64,000 nucleotides of DNA from Octopus vulgaris (taxonomy: Eukaryota), in NCBI GenBank assembly GCA_951406725.2, contig OX597822.1, positions 36,022,001 through 36,086,000 on the forward strand, read 5' to 3'. How positions within the stretch are numbered: the stretch's first letter is position 1; every line of letters begins with the position of its first letter. Of the stretch, positions 25,513 to 40,574 are shown in pieces. The position numbers were made by a program, and so were the translations under genes. The notes under the pieces are model-generated. The model saw only the letters and a program-made list of their open reading frames with translations, was not told the DNA's origin and searched no databases.

Positions 25513-25885
25513 AACAGGTTTTTTTCAGTTTCTTATTTCTTTATTGCCCACAAGGGGCTAAACATAGAGGGGACAAACAAGGACAGACAAAGGGATTAAG
25601 TCGATTACTTCGACTCCAATGCGTAACTAGTACTTAATTTATCGACCCCGAAAGGATGAAAGGCAAAGTCGACCTCGGCAGAATTTGAACTCAGAATGCA
25701 ATGGCAGACGAAATACTGCTAAGCATTTCACCCAGCGTGCTAACGTTTTTGCCAACTCGCCACCTTTCTTTCAGTTTCTCTCTACCAAATCCACTCACAA
25801 TGCTTTGTTATAGTAGAAGACATTTGCCCAAGGTGCCTTGCAGTGGGACTACACCTGGAAACATGTGATACTGAAGTAAACTTAA

Positions 25886-26091
25886 CCCCTTTAGCATTTA
25901 AACCGGCCATATCTGGCCCAAATACTCTACCTGTTTTAGGTTCAAACTCCAGCATCTTACACCAACCCACCAATGTCCTCCTAAAATAAAACAGTCGCAT
26001 CATTGAAATCTCAAAGCTACAAAATAATGAATGACTAATTCAAAACAATGTGAATAAATAAGCATTACAGAGTAGACTGAATGCTAAAGGG
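25886..26091. mobile_element. piggyBac-type MITE
   Basis: TTAA-flanked TIRs ccctttagcatt / aatgctaaaggg. Confidence 0.7.
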
Positions 26092-26720
26092 TTTAAAAGA
26101 AAAAAAATACCAAATTAAATTCCACATTACTGCATGCTGTTGTTTTTGATATAAATGAAAGCATTATCATTAACTAAGCACACTATTAGGTTTTACAAAT
26201 TTTCTTGTTCTTTATTTTCTTACAGAAACTTCCAGATCTTCATAACATTGTTTCCTTAGGTTAAAAGTTTTGATTATGTTTCCAATTTCATTCCATAGTT
26301 AAAGCTGTTCAAAGCAAACCACTTGAACTTACGACACAGTTTTTCCTATTACTCAATAGCCTTTTTTGAAATGCACGGTGATTTCCGTATTTACATGCAT
26401 ACATATTTGCCATTGTACTCTGTAGGCTGTTTTCAGACAAGTCGTTGTTAAGTTAGTTACATAGACGCCAGTACTTGACTAGTACAGTATATACATTGCC
26501 CCTGAAGGGACGAAGGCAAAGCTGACGATGGCAGAATTTGAACTCAGAATGTGAGGAGACAGAAGAAATATCACGGACCATTTTATCCAATGTGCTAACG
26601 ATTCTTCCAATTATGGTCAGCCCGAGGCTATAACAGAAGACACTTGCCCAAAGTGCCACACAGCGGGACTGAACCCAGAACAATGTGGTTGGGAAGTAAG
26701 CTTCTTCCCACACAGCCACA

Positions 26721-26758
<38 letters not shown>

Positions 26759-26759
<1 letters not shown>

Positions 26760-27633
26760 TAGGTCATCCCACAAATAATACGGGTTTTTTCAAGTGCATG
26801 AACTAAAAGTCAGAGGGGGATAGGATAAACTGCCTGCATCAACTTACTATAAAAGCAGTTAATAATTTTACCTTGTCCTTATTCTTAGTGCAAGTTTTGA
26901 AGAGTGCAGTTCGATTTAACAGTTATTTTTTTCAAAGCTATAATAGAAGTGACAAAGAAGCATATTTGGCATATTTTGCTTTATGAATTCAATAAAAGCA
27001 ACAATGCAATGGAAAGTGTGAGGAATGTTAATGTGGTATATGGGCATTGGACAATAAGTGTAAGCCAGTGACAATGGTGGTTTCAGAAATTTTGAGCAGG
27101 AAACTACAGCCTAGAAGACAAGCCTCATCCTGAAAGATCTGTAGAGCTCAAAAAGGACATTCTGCAAATTGTGGTGGGAAAAAATCCCATTGTAACTGTT
27201 GAGCAGAGAAGCTTGGATTTGGTCATTCAACCATTCATCGACACAAGCACTAGAAGAAAAATGACCATCCTTGGTTTTAAGATGAAAGGTGTTCTATCAA
27301 GATAATGCTCGGTCACATATAGTGAGGATGACATTCCAAAGGCTGGAGCAGTTTAAATGGGAAATTATACCCCACCCACCATATTCGCCAGACATTACTC
27401 TATCTGATTATCATTTATTCTACAGTCTTCAAGATCATTTGGATGGATAAAATATGAATTCTAAAGACAAAGTCAGAACAGTTCTGGAGGAGTATTTTTC
27501 ATTATGGGTAACCCTACCAGATAGATGGAAGAGCATTGTAGAAAATGAAGGAAAGATTAAAAAAGAACTTTGTTTATCTTAATTTTGAAAAATAAAAGTA
27601 TATAAAAAAAAACCACATTTGTAGGATGACCCT
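26759..27633 (+). mobile_element. Degenerate, internally deleted mariner transposon
   Basis: TIRs taggtcatcccacaaat / atttgtaggatgacccta in (TA)n; translated remnants HILLYEF...WFQKF*AGNYSLED and QDNARSH...HPPYSPDITLSDYHLF (mariner YSPD motif); a 3' fragment also at ~16210-16335. Confidence 0.85.
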
Positions 27634-28129
27634 ATATATATATATATATATATATATAGGGTCATCCTACAAATAATGTATTTTTTTTATATACTTTTAT
27701 ACACACACACACACGTGTGTGTATGTGTGTCTATTTGTGCATGCATAAATACATAAATGTATATATAAATGCTTGTATACATGTACACATACTCACACTT
27801 ATCTATATATATTTACACACATACACACTCTTATATATAATTTATCTCAAAGGTTTGTATAATCTCCAAGTTGCCATAACAAAACTTTATCATGCAAGCA
27901 ACACTACATTAGTCTGCCTGAATGAATAGCCATTCAGTTCTGTCTTTTCTCTGTCAATGCTATTAACACTTGTCTCTGCTATTTAATTAAGTCAAGGTAG
28001 GAAAAAATGTTCTTTTTTTATTATTTTCTGCTATGTATTGAATATATGCATTGGTGATATAACGAATATTACAAATGACACTTTAACAAAACCAGACAAA
28101 GGAGAACAGTAACAGTCACAATACTTACT

Positions 28130-28965
28130 TCTCAGGTGTGACAGTGTGCTAAGAAATTTGCTTCCCAACTACACAGTCTCAGGTTCGGTCCTACTGCATG
28201 GCTCTTGAGGCAAGTGCTTTTTATTATAGCCTTCCGTCGACCAAAAACTTATGAATGTATTTGGTAGATGAAAACTGAAAGAAGCCCAATACATATATGC
28301 ATGTATGTCTGTGTGTATTCATGTATATCTATGTTTGTTCCCCACTACCACCTAACACCCAGTATTGGTTTGTTTATATCCATGTTACTTAGCAGCTCAG
28401 CAAAAGAGACCAATAGAATAAGTACTACAGTTAATTTTTTTGACTAAAAACCCTTCAAAGCATTGCCCCTGCATGGCCACAGTTAAAAGATTGAAACAAG
28501 TAAAAGAATAAAAGAGCATAGATATGCACAATTTAGGAAGGATGTGTTTATACTCTTTTACTTGTTTCAGTCATTTGACTGCGGCCATGCTGGAGCACCG
28601 CCTTTAGTCGAATCAAATTGACCCCAGGACTTATTCTTTGTAGACCTAGTACTTATTCTATCAGTCTCTTTTGCTGAACTGCTAAGTTATGGGGATGTAA
28701 ACACACCAGCATCGGTTGTCAAGCGATGTTGGGGGGACAAACACAGATACATAATATATACACACACATACACACACACATATATATATATATACATATA
28801 TACGATGGGCTTCTTTCAGTTTCTGTCTACTAAATCTACTCACAAGACTTTGGTTGGCCCGAGGCTATAGTAGAAGATACTTGCCCAAGGTGTCACACAG
28901 TGGGACTGAACCCAGAACCATGTAGTTCAAAAGCAAGCTATTTGCTACACAGCCACTCCTGTGCC
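28130..28965. mobile_element. Two family-A SINEs in inverted (tail-to-tail) orientation
   Basis: + copy ~28130-28515, - copy ~28552-28965. Confidence 0.8.
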
Positions 28966-31900
28966 TATATTATAATTAATTTTACTAACTACAGTTTAAA
29001 ATAGTTAAAAAAAACCCAACTTAACCACATAACAACAACTGCAAAAATCATTGACTAACATTATTAATAATTGCTTTCAGTGAAGGAATAAGGCAAGAAA
29101 TTTTCAGTGGAAGGAGTGAGTTGATTAAGTCAACCCTAATACCTGATTGCTATTACATTTCATCAGGGAGATGAAAGATAAAATTGACCCCAGCAAGAAT
29201 TGAACTCTCAATGTAAAGAGCAGGAATAAGTACCACAAGGTATTTTATTCCAATGTTCTAAATATTCTGCTAGCTTGTCACTTTCAGTAATAATAATAAT
29301 AATAATAATAATCCTTTCTACTATTGGCACAAGGCCTGAAATTTTGGGGGAGGGAGGCCAGTCAACTGGTACTTGATTTATTGACACCCCCCCACCCACC
29401 CCAATGGTATTTAATTTATCGACTCCCCAAAAGATGAAAGGCAAAAATCGACCTTCACAGAATTTGAGTTCAGAATGTAAGGACAGACAAAATACCATTA
29501 AGCATTTCACCTGGCATACTAATGATTCTGCCAGCTCGCCACTTTAATAATAATAATAATAATTCTTTTTACTGGAAGCACAAGGCCTCAAGCTTGGGGG
29601 AAAGGATTAAGTCAATTACATTGACATGTAAATGATTCTGACAGTTCACCACATTAATTATCATAATTAGTGTTCCTTATTAAGAAACAATGTTAGTAGT
29701 TTTGAGTGAGTGGGAACTAGTCAATACTAATGACCCCAGCACATGTCTGGTACTTTACATTTTTTATCTTTTCAAAGTCAATAAAATAAAGTTGGTCTTA
29801 GCTGGACTTGAACTCAAAATATTAAAAAACTTGAATAAATACTAAAAGGAAGTTCTACTGACCCTCTAACAATTGTACCAGCCTACAAAGCTCGATGATG
29901 ATGATGATGATGATGACATTTTTTCCTATTATACAAAAAATATGTAAATTTTACTATGGGTTACAAAGAAAAAAAAGATAGATAGTATGGCGTGTGAAAA
30001 AAAACGACTACAAATATGAAGGGAAGGGTAAAAGATATTTTACAATATATGGAAGGACATACTAGGAAATCTTAAAAGCTACATACATGCACAAACACAC
30101 GTATGCATATATATATAATCAAATGTACACATATAAACATATACGTACATATACACATGCATATCTGCATTGAAGAACTGGAAATGATTTTTAAAAATGT
30201 ACAATAAAACATGAATGATTACTGGTTTGGCTGAGTTGGACGCTCTGCAAAACCATTCACTTAATCATTTCTCAAGCTGTGTTTGAGTGCCACCAAATGC
30301 ACCAGTAAGCATTTTTTTTTAGATATTTGGTCTGAAAGATGCCCAATATCTCAAAGCTGTTCTCTTTTTTAAATTCAAATATAACATTTTAATTTGTACA
30401 AGCAATCTGTCTTTTGTATGCAGTGTATATTCTGAACATATCTATTTATTTGTCATAACTTTTTAAAGTTCAAGGCATGGCAGATGTATAATTGTGACAA
30501 TTTTTTGATTTTCAGGTAATGGTGAATCTGAATTTTACTCCATCTTCTGCATTTTTCTTGTTTTCTTGGAAAGGAATTTCATTGCTATTTGGAAAAAAAA
30601 TGCTCTACTTCACCTGCTTTTGTTGTTTCGTGTTATCATTTGTGTGTGTGTGTGTGGATTTTTACCTCTCTGTCTTTCATATTTTTATCTATATTTCTTT
30701 TTCTCCTTGCATGATGAAGATATACTAGTAATAAGTTGATACATTAGGTGAAGCGATTTTTTCCTCATTTATTTGTGATACTGAGCCTAAATATATTTCC
30801 TTTGTTGTACCCAGAGTTTTGGCTGATGGAGCTCTAAATAACAAGGGTTCATTTTTGTTGTTTCTTAATCTTCCCAATTTGAGGCATTCAGCTCTTAGGA
30901 GCTCTTTGCCCTAACAAATATAAATAACAACTAGGTTTTCTAACCTGTACCATCAATTTCATGCAGCAACAATCTCCAGTGGCAAAGAAATTCTATTAGG
31001 AAATGCTATTCTATCTTAATTTTTTACTTGTAACTATGATCATCCTCATCATTAAATGACCATTTTCCTTGCTAGCACAGGTTGGACAGTTCAAAAGGAA
31101 CTGACAAAACCAGGGGACTCTACCAAACTCCAATGTCCAGCTTTGGCATAGTTTCTACAGCTGGATACCCTTCACAATGCCAACCACTTTACAGATTATA
31201 CTTGGTGCTTTTAAGTGACACCAGCATCACAGGAGCTTTTTTATGTCATGCCAGCACAGGTAGTCTTTTACATGGCACCAACATAAGTGTTTTTTATGTG
31301 GCACCAGCACCGATAGGTCCAAAAATTCTGTTTGTTTATTCGGTTTTGAGAGAAGACTAATTTTCACACAGCTCATGTATGAAAATACAATAGTATTTAT
31401 ACTTATGAAAGAATTTCTGCTGCTGTTGCTGCTTCTGTGCTGTTGTTGTTTCTGTCACTGTTTTCCAAATTACCTATTTGAGCATTTGGAACACTTCTCC
31501 CATTACATCTACAGTAAAGTGTTCATTTTCTTCTTTTTGTACGCTTAGTTGTGTTTTGATTTTGTGTTGTTTTTAGTCATTGTAATGCTTTGTTGTGTGA
31601 CAAAATTATTTGGATGTGAAAATGTAATTTCTGTGAATAGCATTTTAAAACTTTGTGAAACAAACCTCACTTTTCTATGTTGTCAATGCCCCACGAATTG
31701 AAGGTGGTCCCTCTTTGAGCAATTGTAGTCCTTTTACAAATACTCCAAAGATGTATATAATGTGTGTAAACAAAATTCTAAAAGTTTATAAAACAAACCT
31801 TTTTGTTTTTGTTATGGTCTACCCACAGGTGTTGATGGCAGGTTCTCCTTAGGTAATTATAGTTTTTTCTTTTTTCAAGTACTCCAAAGAAAATTTCCTT

Positions 31901-32120
31901 TGTTGATGGTTGAATAAATTGTGTCTCAAAGGGAGAAGCAAAATAATGTCTCCACAAAACTGAGTGTGTGTATGCGCTTTTGTATCTGTGTCTTTCCTAT
32001 GAAAGTCTCTCAGTATATAAGTTTTGTATGTGTGTGTATATGTATGCATGCATGCATGTAGATATGTATGCATGCATGTATATATGTATGCACGCATGCA
32101 TGTATGTATATATGTATGCA

Positions 32121-32178
<58 letters not shown>

Positions 32179-32639
32179 CACATGTATGCATGTATGTATG
32201 TATGTATGTATGTATGTATATGCATATACATGTCTATATATGCATGCAAGTGTCAAAGACACAGATACACAAACTCAGTATCTAAGTGTGTATGTATGTG
32301 TGCATATGTATTCATGTGTATGTGTGTGACTGTTACCTTTGTGTGTAAGTATTGCATACCTGTGTAGCTGTCTGTGTATGTGTAGCGCTAATACACTTCT
32401 TAAAATTTTATTTGTCATTTAGAAAATGTCGACAACATTTTCTAGCATCTTGGTATTAATAATTAGCAACATTCTTTGGTTTTGAGGTTTCTACAGGTTA
32501 GATTCCCTTGAAATATTTTCTGTTATGTGGCCTTTTGTCCAAGCTTAAAGGTCAAAACATTTTATGTTCACTATGCAGTGTTTAGGCTAAAATTAGTCAA
32601 CACACACACACACACAAACAGATTTTGTATTTTAGAATT

Positions 32640-32810
32640 TTATTAGATACAAGTAAAACGCCCCCCGTCCAATGGATGGTGCTGAGTTGTCAAACATTTA
32701 AACCAAATTTTTTCAAAACAATTTGTCCGACCGTCCCATTTGGATGGAAGATGCCTGAGATCCTAGAAGACACACACACAGACAGACAGAATGGATTTTA
32801 TATAATAGAT
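32640..32810. mobile_element. Helentron/DINE-like short element
   Basis: Repeated ccgtcc...tggatgg hairpin; cacagacagacaga...ttttatataatagat terminus. Confidence 0.5.
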
Positions 32811-34214
32811 TAGTGATAGTGGCAGTATTATTACTGAATGAGAACCTTTACATTCTATTTAACATTGATAGGAGCACCATAATACTGCAGTATGCACCCT
32901 GAGAAACTCTCTCGTATAGGTGTCTAGTGTATAAACAAACAAAAAACAGTGATATCAGTAACAGGCAAGAATTGTCAAGCACTTGTGGTAGAACTGCTGT
33001 AATGACTGTGATAGACTTTGTCTTTTTTTTTATAGTAGATTTCTTATATTACTATTTTTTTTCTTCAGTATGGAAAAATGAAGTTCCCGAATTCATATGC
33101 AACATTTACTGACCTTCACATTCATCAAAAAATTAACATGTGGCTACTAGTATGAAAACCTAACAGTCAAAAATTTGACCACAAGAAACAAATCAACATT
33201 TGACTGCTGGCATAGGAGCCAAATGATAAAAAAAAAAGACCCTCAGATAAAAAATTCAACCACTCTATAATAAACAACAGACATGCCAAATATATTCAAT
33301 TCTTGTAAATGAGAATGTGAAGTTCTGGAAATGTCGAATATGAATTTAGGAACTTTATTGCACCACACTAGTAAAAAAAAAAGATTTGAACACAGCTTTA
33401 TTTATATATATATATATATATATATACATGGAGAGGATTTTAAACTGCATACAGTAATAGGGCCCTGATTCAAGAGTTCCAGGGTTTTGAGGAGTGTGAA
33501 ACCACCTTTTAGCCAATATTTTTCCCAGGTCACATAAGAATAATAGCATCCAGAGTAGGAACCTATCAGGTTTCCAGCTATTTATTAATTAGCATGTCAT
33601 GGAATTGTCTTTGTAAGTAGGTCACTCACAAACATCCCAATGGATACAGGGTAGATGAGGCTCTTCAGCTCACTAGCTGTTTATCTAAGAGAAGATAACC
33701 CCATACAAATCCTGCATCCTGGTAACCATTAGGTTCATACCAGTTGTTGCATCAGACCAATGCAAGTTTGAGGAACAGCAGAGTTGGATAGGTTCTGCGC
33801 AAACCATGTGAACCCCTATAATAATAATATTCATCATGCAGGTTGTCTGGCAAACCAAGACACCACCATCATCATCACTCTTCTTCATAAATCTGGGGAC
33901 AATGGAGAAAGAGGTAACATGGATATGTAAGAGGGTGCTACTGGAAGTCTTCAGCTCTGACCCAGCACACAGGTGGCCATAGGAACTAAGAACATTGTGC
34001 AAGCTACGTCTTGCTGAGCAACCTCATTTGTCAATGTGACTAGAGAATCCACCATACACACATGCACACACTCACATACATATGTGTGTGTGTGTATACA
34101 TGCACACACTCACATGTGTGTGTGTGTGTGTGTGTTACTTGACAACACAGGACTTAGCAGTTTCACAAAAGTGACTAATAAGATAAGTTATAGATTTCTA
34201 AAAAAAAAATAAGA

Positions 34215-34730
34215 ACCATAAATCCTCGAGTATAATCCACATTTTTTTCCCAAAATTTAAAGGTCAAAATCCCTAGTGCGTACTATATATGAGGTTAAAA
34301 ATGAAAAACATTTTCTAAGCAATGACCGAGTCTCTATTTGCTGTCTGGCAATGTTTATTCAGACGCATTTTGTGATGTCGGGCACGAAAATACCTTAAGC
34401 TAAGCCTGAAAACAATGAAGCCATAAAAGAATCATCCATAACTTGCAGTAAGCAACACTTATTAAAAGTTATTACTGTTATTTCTTTATTTTCTGCAAAC
34501 AAAATGCACAAAAAAGCTACACGTTTGCATTATGTTATATGTACAATTATAATAAAGGACATTACCGTATACATTTTTACAAACCAAGGACGTTATATAG
34601 ACCTCCTTGACTCAAGTTAGAGAAGGGGTGTGTATTATACACAAGGTTTAGGTTTTTCAGAGGTACAGCCCACTAAAAATCCCCTGCGTATTATACTCAA
34701 GGGCGAACTATACTTGAGAATTTACAGTAC
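34215..34730. mobile_element. pogo/Tc1-type MITE
   Basis: TIRs accataaatcctcgagtata / tatacttgagaatttacagta. Confidence 0.65.
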
Positions 34731-36902
34731 TGGAGTTGGTGTGTTTGAATAAAACCCTTCAAGGTGGTGCTCCAGCATGGCCGCAGTCCAATGACTGAAA
34801 CGAAAGATAAAAGAAAGTCTATACTACACAACTTAAATCTTTATAAGCAGGTAAGATTCTATTCTCTCATTTTACTTAACATTCCAAGGAAACTACATTT
34901 ACTTAGGGATATGTAAAGTTCAATAAGAGATTAACTTTGAAAAACATCAATTTTATGATATGAGCCCTGATAATCTCTTAACAAAATAGTTATTCATAAA
35001 CAAAGAATGAGATTTCCAATAAAAAGAAAGCAAGGGATTATAGGATTAATGAAGTCTTTTATTATAATACAAAGAAAACACCTGACTTCTTTTCTTTGCT
35101 AGAATGTATGTCTTGTTCTTTCAACTTCAATATGTTGTTGTTGTCATTCCCATAGTTATTAGAATGGCATTCTTTTACTTGTTTCAGTCATTTGACTGTG
35201 GCCATGCTGGAGCACCGCCTTTATTCGAGCAAATCAACCCAGGACTTATTCTTTGTAAGCCTAGTACTTATTCTATCGGTCTCATTTGCTGAACCGCTAG
35301 GTTACGAGAATGTAAACACATCGGCATTGGTTGTCAAGCGATGTTGGGGGACAAATTCAGACACTCCCACACACACACACGACGGGCTTCTTTCAGTTTC
35401 CGTCTACCAAATTCACTCACAAAGCTTTGGTCGACCCAAGGCTATAGTAGAAGGCATTTGCCCAAGGTGCCACGCAGTGGGACTGAACCCGGAACCATGT
35501 GGTTGGTAAGCAAGCTACTTACCACACAGCTACTCTATCAACTGGTATTTTATAACGTGGCTTCTGTATATGTCACCTCAGTGTTTTGCACTAATGCAGT
35601 GTGATATATATATTACCACGGAATGGAGTAGACACCGACTGTCTCCACTTGATGTATTCCCAAGTACTCTGCCAACAACTGTAACCAATCCAAAACAACT
35701 CTTGACAAACTATAACAACTTCTCAACAATTTCCTGTGCCTCCACGAAATCACAAACGACACCCTTTGACTTCTTGTGATTTATCATCTCTCACTCTCAG
35801 TCAAACACACTGTCACTTATATAAGTTTGGATAGTCCATTCTCACAAGGTGTGTCATGATTCTCATCATAATATCTCCCCCTTTTGAGATTTGACCTCTG
35901 TAGGAAGTGCAATTTGTTTATTTAATTTTATTCTTTTTCTTTTTTTTCATCATCACCGCTCCCTTTTTTGAGATTTTAATTTCCTCAGAAGTTTTGATAC
36001 TTCTTTCGCTTAGAGACTATTTCTAGTTGTTCTGTTTGTTTACATTTTCTATTGCTGATCCACCTAGGTTCAACCTCTTTTGGCATTGGAACATTAAACA
36101 AGTCATAACAAATTTCCATCAGTATATCTTCAGTATGTCTAGTCTTCAACAAGTTCAAATGTCACTCTCCCATTTGACCTTTTATTATGTACACCATACT
36201 ACCTATTCTTTTCGTCACTATACCATCCTCCCAACCTTGCCTTCCATTCCTATATACTTTGAAATGAACTTTATCTCCCACATTAAAATACTTTGTCGAG
36301 TTTCTTGGGTTTTCCCTATAAGTCTTTTTTGTAGATAACAATTGGTCAAAAATGGATTTTATCTTCTGAGCAAACATTAGCTCTGTGGGTGACTTGCCTG
36401 AGTAGGTGTTTGGGTTAAATGTTACCCTGTAAACCCTTAAGAATTGAGTTAGTGCAGCATCATTGCCTAATTCATTTCCTGTTATTAGGGCTCGCTTAAA
36501 TGCATCAACAAACCTTTCTGCTTTCCCATTTGATCTTGGGTGGCACAGCAGAGTACAGATGTGATTGATTGCATACCCCTCGCAGAAATTTTTATACTCA
36601 TACCCTGAAAACTGTATTCCATTATCTGATACTATGGTGTCTGGGACACCATATCACGCAAAAAGTTCATGAACGAACCTTACAGTTACCTTCGAGGTTT
36701 ATTAGCTGCATTTACATATCCCTGGCCACTTGGTATAACTGTCTATTATGATCAGTTAATATGCGCCATTTACCAGTCCAGCAAAATCTATAAGTAGCCT
36801 GGACCATGGACAGTCTGTCTTAGGCCATGATTGGAATTTCACCTGTGGTGACTTTGCTGTGAGAGCACAACCTCTGCAGGATTTCACCAATTGTTCAATA
36901 TC

Positions 36903-37579
36903 CTTTTCTACTCTAGGCACAAGGCCATAAACTTTTGGGGAGGGAGCTAGTCAATTTGATCAACCCCAGTATGCAATCACCGTCATCGTTTAACATCCAC
37001 TTTCCAAGCTAGCATGGGTTGGTACTTAATTTATTGACCCCGAAAGGATGAAAGGCAAAGTTGACCTCGGTGGAATTTGAACTAAGTATGTAAAGACAGA
37101 CGAAATACTGCTAAGCATTTCACCCATTTGTGCTAACGTTTCTTATTTCTTTATTGCCCACAAGGGGCTAACATAAATTCTTTTCTACTTTAGGCACAAG
37201 GCCTGAAATTTTGGGGGAGGGGGCCAGTCAATTAGATCGATCTCAGTACGCATCTGGTACTTAATTTATTGACCCTGAAAGGATGTAAGGCAAAGTCGAC
37301 CTCGGCGGAATTTGAACTCAGAACGTAACGGCAGATGAAATACCTATTTCTTTATTGGCCACAAGGGGCTAAACACAGAGAGGACAAACAAGGACAGACA
37401 AACGGATTAAGTCAATTATATCAACCCCAGTGCATAACTGGTACTTATTTAATCGACCCCGAAAGGATGAAAGGCAAAGTCGACCTCAGCAGAATTTGAA
37501 CTCAGAACGTAGAGACAGAAGAAATACTGTTAAGCATTTCGCCCGGCATGCTAACGTTTCTTCCAGCTCATCACCTTCC
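36903..37579 (-). mobile_element. Nested cluster of family-B SINEs inserted in the gypsy integrase
   Basis: Three or more partial copies flanked by TSD caattgttcaatatc / caattattcaatatc. Confidence 0.85.
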
Positions 37580-40574
37580 AATTATTCAATATCACGGTCC
37601 ATAGTAGGCCAATGCACATAACTCCTCATTACTGATTTCATTCTTGAAATCCCTGGGTATCCCATATGAAATTCACTTAATACTGCTTTTGTAGTGTGAC
37701 TGGCTCTACAACTCTTTGTGCATACATCAACACAAAATGGTTTGCATTTGCGTTACGTATATTTTTATTTTCTTTTACCTTCAATATTTCTTACATCTTC
37801 TCAATGAATTTGTCATTCTCCAATTTTACTTTTATATCTTGAACAGTTACTGGCAGCTCCTGAATGACATTACACAAAATGCTTTTTAATTCATTTTCTG
37901 CTCACAAAATGGCAATCACGGTATCTTCAAATAGTTCTGTATTTTTTTCAATTATCTTGATAAACAATCCACATGGCCTAACCTCTTGGATGGTATAGAC
38001 TCCATCTTAAAGTCATATTTCAACAATATCGTACCCCAGCATCATAACCTACTTGCAGTATGAGTAAGAATTCCTTTCTTCCATCCAAAAATTGATAATA
38101 ATAGTCAGTGATCCGTTTGTAGCCGGAAACTTCTACTGTGCAAAAATGTGTTAAATTTCTTCATGGCAAAAATGTTTGCTAGAGCTTCTTTCTCTATTTG
38201 ACTATAGATTTTCTCTGCGACTATCAGAGAATGTGAGGCATGAACCACTGCCTTCATATTCCCGTCTTTATATGTGTGTAGCATTACTGCTCCTATGTCG
38301 TATTCAGAAGCATCAGAAGCTACAACAATCTCCACTCCAGGATCGAAATGAGCCAGCAACAAATCCCATATTAATATTTTTTTTAATATCGTCAAACGCC
38401 TTTTGAAAATTATTTGACCAATTCCACTTCACATCCTTTTTTCATCAAATTATTTAGTGGAGCTCTCAATTCATGTATATTTGGTATACAATTTTGATAA
38501 TAATTCACTAGACCTAGAAAAGCTTGTAAGGTCATAATATTAGTTGAAGGAGGTATATTTTTGATTGAGCCTGCCATTGACAGATCTGGTCATCGTCCAT
38601 TCCTGTCAATAATTTATCCAAAATACTTAATTTTAGTTAAGAAAAATTCACATTTCTCCTCACTCAGTGTAAAACCATAATCTCTTATTTTACCAAAAAC
38701 ACATTTTACATGCTTGACATGCTGATCACAAGATTCACTTTTAATTAATTTATCATCCAGGTATGGAATTACAAATTCACAGTCCGCTAACATTGCATCC
38801 ATAACCTGTAGAAAAATTGCAGGTGCAACATTTAGACCAAGTGGTAATCTGTTATATTTATATAATCCTTTATACATATTCACTGTTACATATATTGAGC
38901 ATTCCTCATCTACTCTAATTTGTAGGTATGCATTGAAGAGATCCAGTTTCGAAAATATCTTGACCCTGTTTAACTTCATAAAAATATCCTCCGGAGTAGG
39001 TAGTGACAGGTTTTCAGACATTTATTCAAGCCAGTGGAAAAATCAGCGCACACACTAATCTTGTTATTCTTGTTATCATTGGAGCTGCCCATTTTGCATA
39101 TTCCACTTTTTGGATGACTCCACTGTTCTCTAATCTGTCTAATTCTCCATCAATATGCTTTATCGCAGCAAAAGGTACTGTTCTTTTTGGTTTGAACACT
39201 GGTATTGCATTTTCCTTTATTTGGAAACATGCCTCAGTTTTAGTACACAAACCTAATTCATCCAACAACACTTCAGGAAAAGCATTTAAAATTTTTTTCT
39301 TAATTCATCTGACACCTCATTCTTACTGGAGGAACAATCATTTATGTTTTTACAGAACAGATTTATGGAGAGGTCCGGTAAATCAAACAACTCCATCCAG
39401 TCAGTATCGAACAGGTTTGTTGCATTTTTTAACACAAACACTTTTGCTTCACAGGATTTACCACAAAATGCAATGTTACTTACCATTTCACCTAAGAAGT
39501 GTAATCTTTCACCTGTGATGCTTCATGCACTTTTTGATGTTTTCTTTAATGTAGGCTTCCCAATTGTCTTCCACATGTCAGTATCAATAATTGTGATGGC
39601 ACTACTAGTTTCATGTTCACAACATTTATTTTTTACATATACAAACTTTCTTTTTTTGAGTGTCATCTCAACTTCATTGAGCAAACCTTTTTAGAATTTT
39701 TTCCAACCTTTTTTGCTTTGCTCTGCAATGTGAGCTTTTACATCCTATTTTTTAAACAACTGAAACATTTCTGTGGTTTAAATCGACAGTCTTTCTTATA
39801 ATGCAGACCTCCACATCCATGGCATGGATTCGATCATAACATTCTTTATTTCCAGTCGACATGTCTGTACTTGAGAAAACTTTTTTCCTTTAATTTTCTT
39901 TACATCCTGTCGCAAGTTGATAATTCTTTGACATTCCTCTGCTACTGCATGCAGGCTTAAATTCTGATCCTCCTGTTCTAGTTTTGTAAGAATCTGTGCA
40001 TGTATTTCTGCATCTTTGTTTGCCATCAAACCTTGCACAAAAATGAGGCATTTAAATATGTCAGGAGATAATTCCTTCAGTTTAAATTTTCCGCACATTT
40101 TATTTACAATTCTGATATAAATAACAAAATCTTCATCCTCCTCTTTTACTAAGTTCAAACACTCCCAGTGAGTGTTAAACAAGGAACTCTTATCACTGAA
40201 CATTTTGGATAGCAATTCAATTGTTTCCTCAAAACAAATTTCACTTGTTTTTTTAGACAAGATAAAATTGCAGTATTTTCCATGTTCTGAAGCACCTAGT
40301 TCCTGTAACAGTAGTTTCACTTTTTCATCATCTGTCCAACACTTGCATTCGTCCTTGAAGGTTTCTTCATATCTTCTGAAGTACGCCAAAAAAGTTATAC
40401 CCTCTTCTGGGTTACAACTAAATTCTGTTATAGCATTCACCATGACATCTAGAAATAACAAACTTGCAGTGTTTTGCTGACTTCTTTAACCATGACTCCA
40501 TCAACTATTTGTGATCTAGTTGTTGCTGTTGTTGTTGCTGCTGCAACTCCTGTTGCTTCTTCTTCTCCACTTTT

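Noticed and set aside
30705-30755. Degenerate HHR-like string catgatga...gatacattagg
   Set aside because: Multiple core mismatches; not distinguishable from chance
31849-32367. Several ~65-140 aa ORFs rich in Y/I/C/V/H/T (also at 4.4, 21.7 and 46.0 kb)
   Set aside because: Translations of (TA)n/(CA)n/(TATG)n microsatellites
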